This document shows, in pieces, positions 63,107-64,000 of a DNA stretch of 64,000 nucleotides (position 1 is the first letter of the stretch; each line of letters starts with the position of its first letter). The notes under the pieces are model-generated. The model was not told the origin of the DNA and ran no database searches. It saw nothing but the letters and a program-made list of their open reading frames with translations. Source of the DNA: Treponemataceae bacterium (GTDB lineage Bacteria > Spirochaetota > Spirochaetia > Treponematales > Rectinemataceae); the NCBI GenBank assembly GCA_963678065.2, contig CAXXVZ010000005.1, positions 32,001 through 96,000 on the forward strand, written 5' to 3'. The translations under genes were made by a program, and so were the position numbers.

Positions 63107-63936
63107 ATTCTTCCGATTTCACAACGACAGTCGCCCGACTGGAAGCTTTTTACGCCCGGGACTTTGAAGCTATCCTCGCAGATCCTGACTGGGTGGAAAC
63201 ACATGAGGCCCTGCTCGAAGCCCTGGAGTCGGGTATACTCGCGACCGTAGCGCAGGCCGGGGACGGAAACTGGAGCGCGGTCTCATGGGTAAAGAAGGCC
63301 ATATTGGCCGGCTTCAGGCGCGGCGGCATAGCCGAGCACGCCTGGCCGGGCGGCGCCTTCGACCGGCCGGCCTTCCCTCCCCGCTGGTTCGACGCGGAGG
63401 ACGCCGTGAGGCTCGTGCCGGGCGGAAGTTCGGCCAGGCGCGGTGCCTACATCGCGCCTGGCGTCGTCGTCATGCCGCCTTCCTATATCAATGTGGGGGC
63501 CTGGATCGGGAGAGGCACCATGGTAGACAGCCACGTCCTCGTCGGCTCCTGCGCCCATGTCGGCGAGAAAGTCCACCTCTCGGCGGGCGTCCAGGTTGGC
63601 GGCGTTCTGGAGCCTCCCCAGGCATGTCCCGTCGTCGTCGAGGACGGCGCCTTCATCGGCGCGCTGTGCGGACTCTTCGAGGGCGTCGTCGTGCGCGAGC
63701 GCGCGGTCCTCGCGCCCGGCGTCATTCTGACCGCGGGAACCCGGATCTTCGACCTCGTCGGCGGACGGGAGCTGAGGGGAGAGGTGCCGGCCGGAGCCGT
63801 CGTCGTGACCGGAAGCCGCCCCGCTTCGGGAGACTTCGCGCGCCAGGCGGGGATATCCCTCAATGTGCCCTGTATCGTAAAATACCGGGATTCGAAGACG
63901 GACGCTGCCGTCGTCCTGGAAGAAGCGCTGCGCTAG
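63103..63936 (+). CDS. dapD: Tetrahydrodipicolinate N-succinyltransferase
   Basis: WVKKAIL, RLVPGG, PSYINVGA, VGSCA, GGVLEP..A.PV hexapeptide repeats. Confidence 0.93.
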   Translation: MNSSDFTTTVARLEAFYARDFEAILADPDWVETHEALLEALESGILATVAQAGDGNWSAVSWVKKAILAGFRRGGIAEHAWPGGAFDRPAFPPRWFDAEDAVRLVPGGSSARRGAYIAPGVVVMPPSYINVGAWIGRGTMVDSHVLVGSCAHVGEKVHLSAGVQVGGVLEPPQACPVVVEDGAFIGALCGLFEGVVVRERAVLAPGVILTAGTRIFDLVGGRELRGEVPAGAVVVTGSRPASGDFARQAGISLNVPCIVKYRDSKTDAAVVLEEALR

Positions 63937-64000
63937 GCGCGCCTCGGCTTCCCGCCAGACCGGGACCTCCCCAGCGACCCCGAACCTCGTCCAAGGAGAC

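Overview
High-GC bacterial chromosomal segment, most consistent with a Spirochaetia (Treponema/Rectinema-like) genome. This is inferred from the spirochaete-style Ssb, an EF-G2-like fusA, class II PurE and MotA/FliG-domain proteins. In order the window holds: a minus-strand purine operon (purB-purSL-purQ-purC-purE-purF-purD); DUF1232, histidine phosphatase and PhzF genes; a PAS-GAF-GGDEF cyclase; a heavily eroded sugar ABC operon (ytfQRT/yjfF-like) carrying a 132-bp hairpin-rich insertion; xylA/xylB with an AraC regulator; ssb, IclR, U32 peptidase and fusA; a C39 peptidase/beta-barrel/lipoprotein trio; DUF4954; an orphan adenine methylase; hutU; a DUF1015-serA-serC cluster split by an IS110-family element; lspA and Nif3; an NTPase plus soluble MotA-like/FliG-C genes; a BMP nucleoside ABC transporter; TetR; DUF4230; a degenerate serine hydrolase; uraA behind a terminator-containing leader; glnA (type III) with a sigma54 promoter and a NifA-like activator; glycerate kinase; and a lysine-riboswitch-led lysC-dapB-dapA-dapD operon. 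The most striking observation is the IS110 element. It sits exactly in the stop-codon/Shine-Dalgarno junction between serA and serC. Its 5' non-coding end contains short segments matching both its target (TAAGGAG / GAGCA) and its own end junction (ATAGGAG / GAATGAT). That makes it a readable bridge-RNA-like guide apparently programmed against ribosome-binding sites, and a consensus promoter forms only on circularisation. No tRNA, rRNA or CRISPR array was seen. All calls are from motif recognition by eye; no database searches were run.
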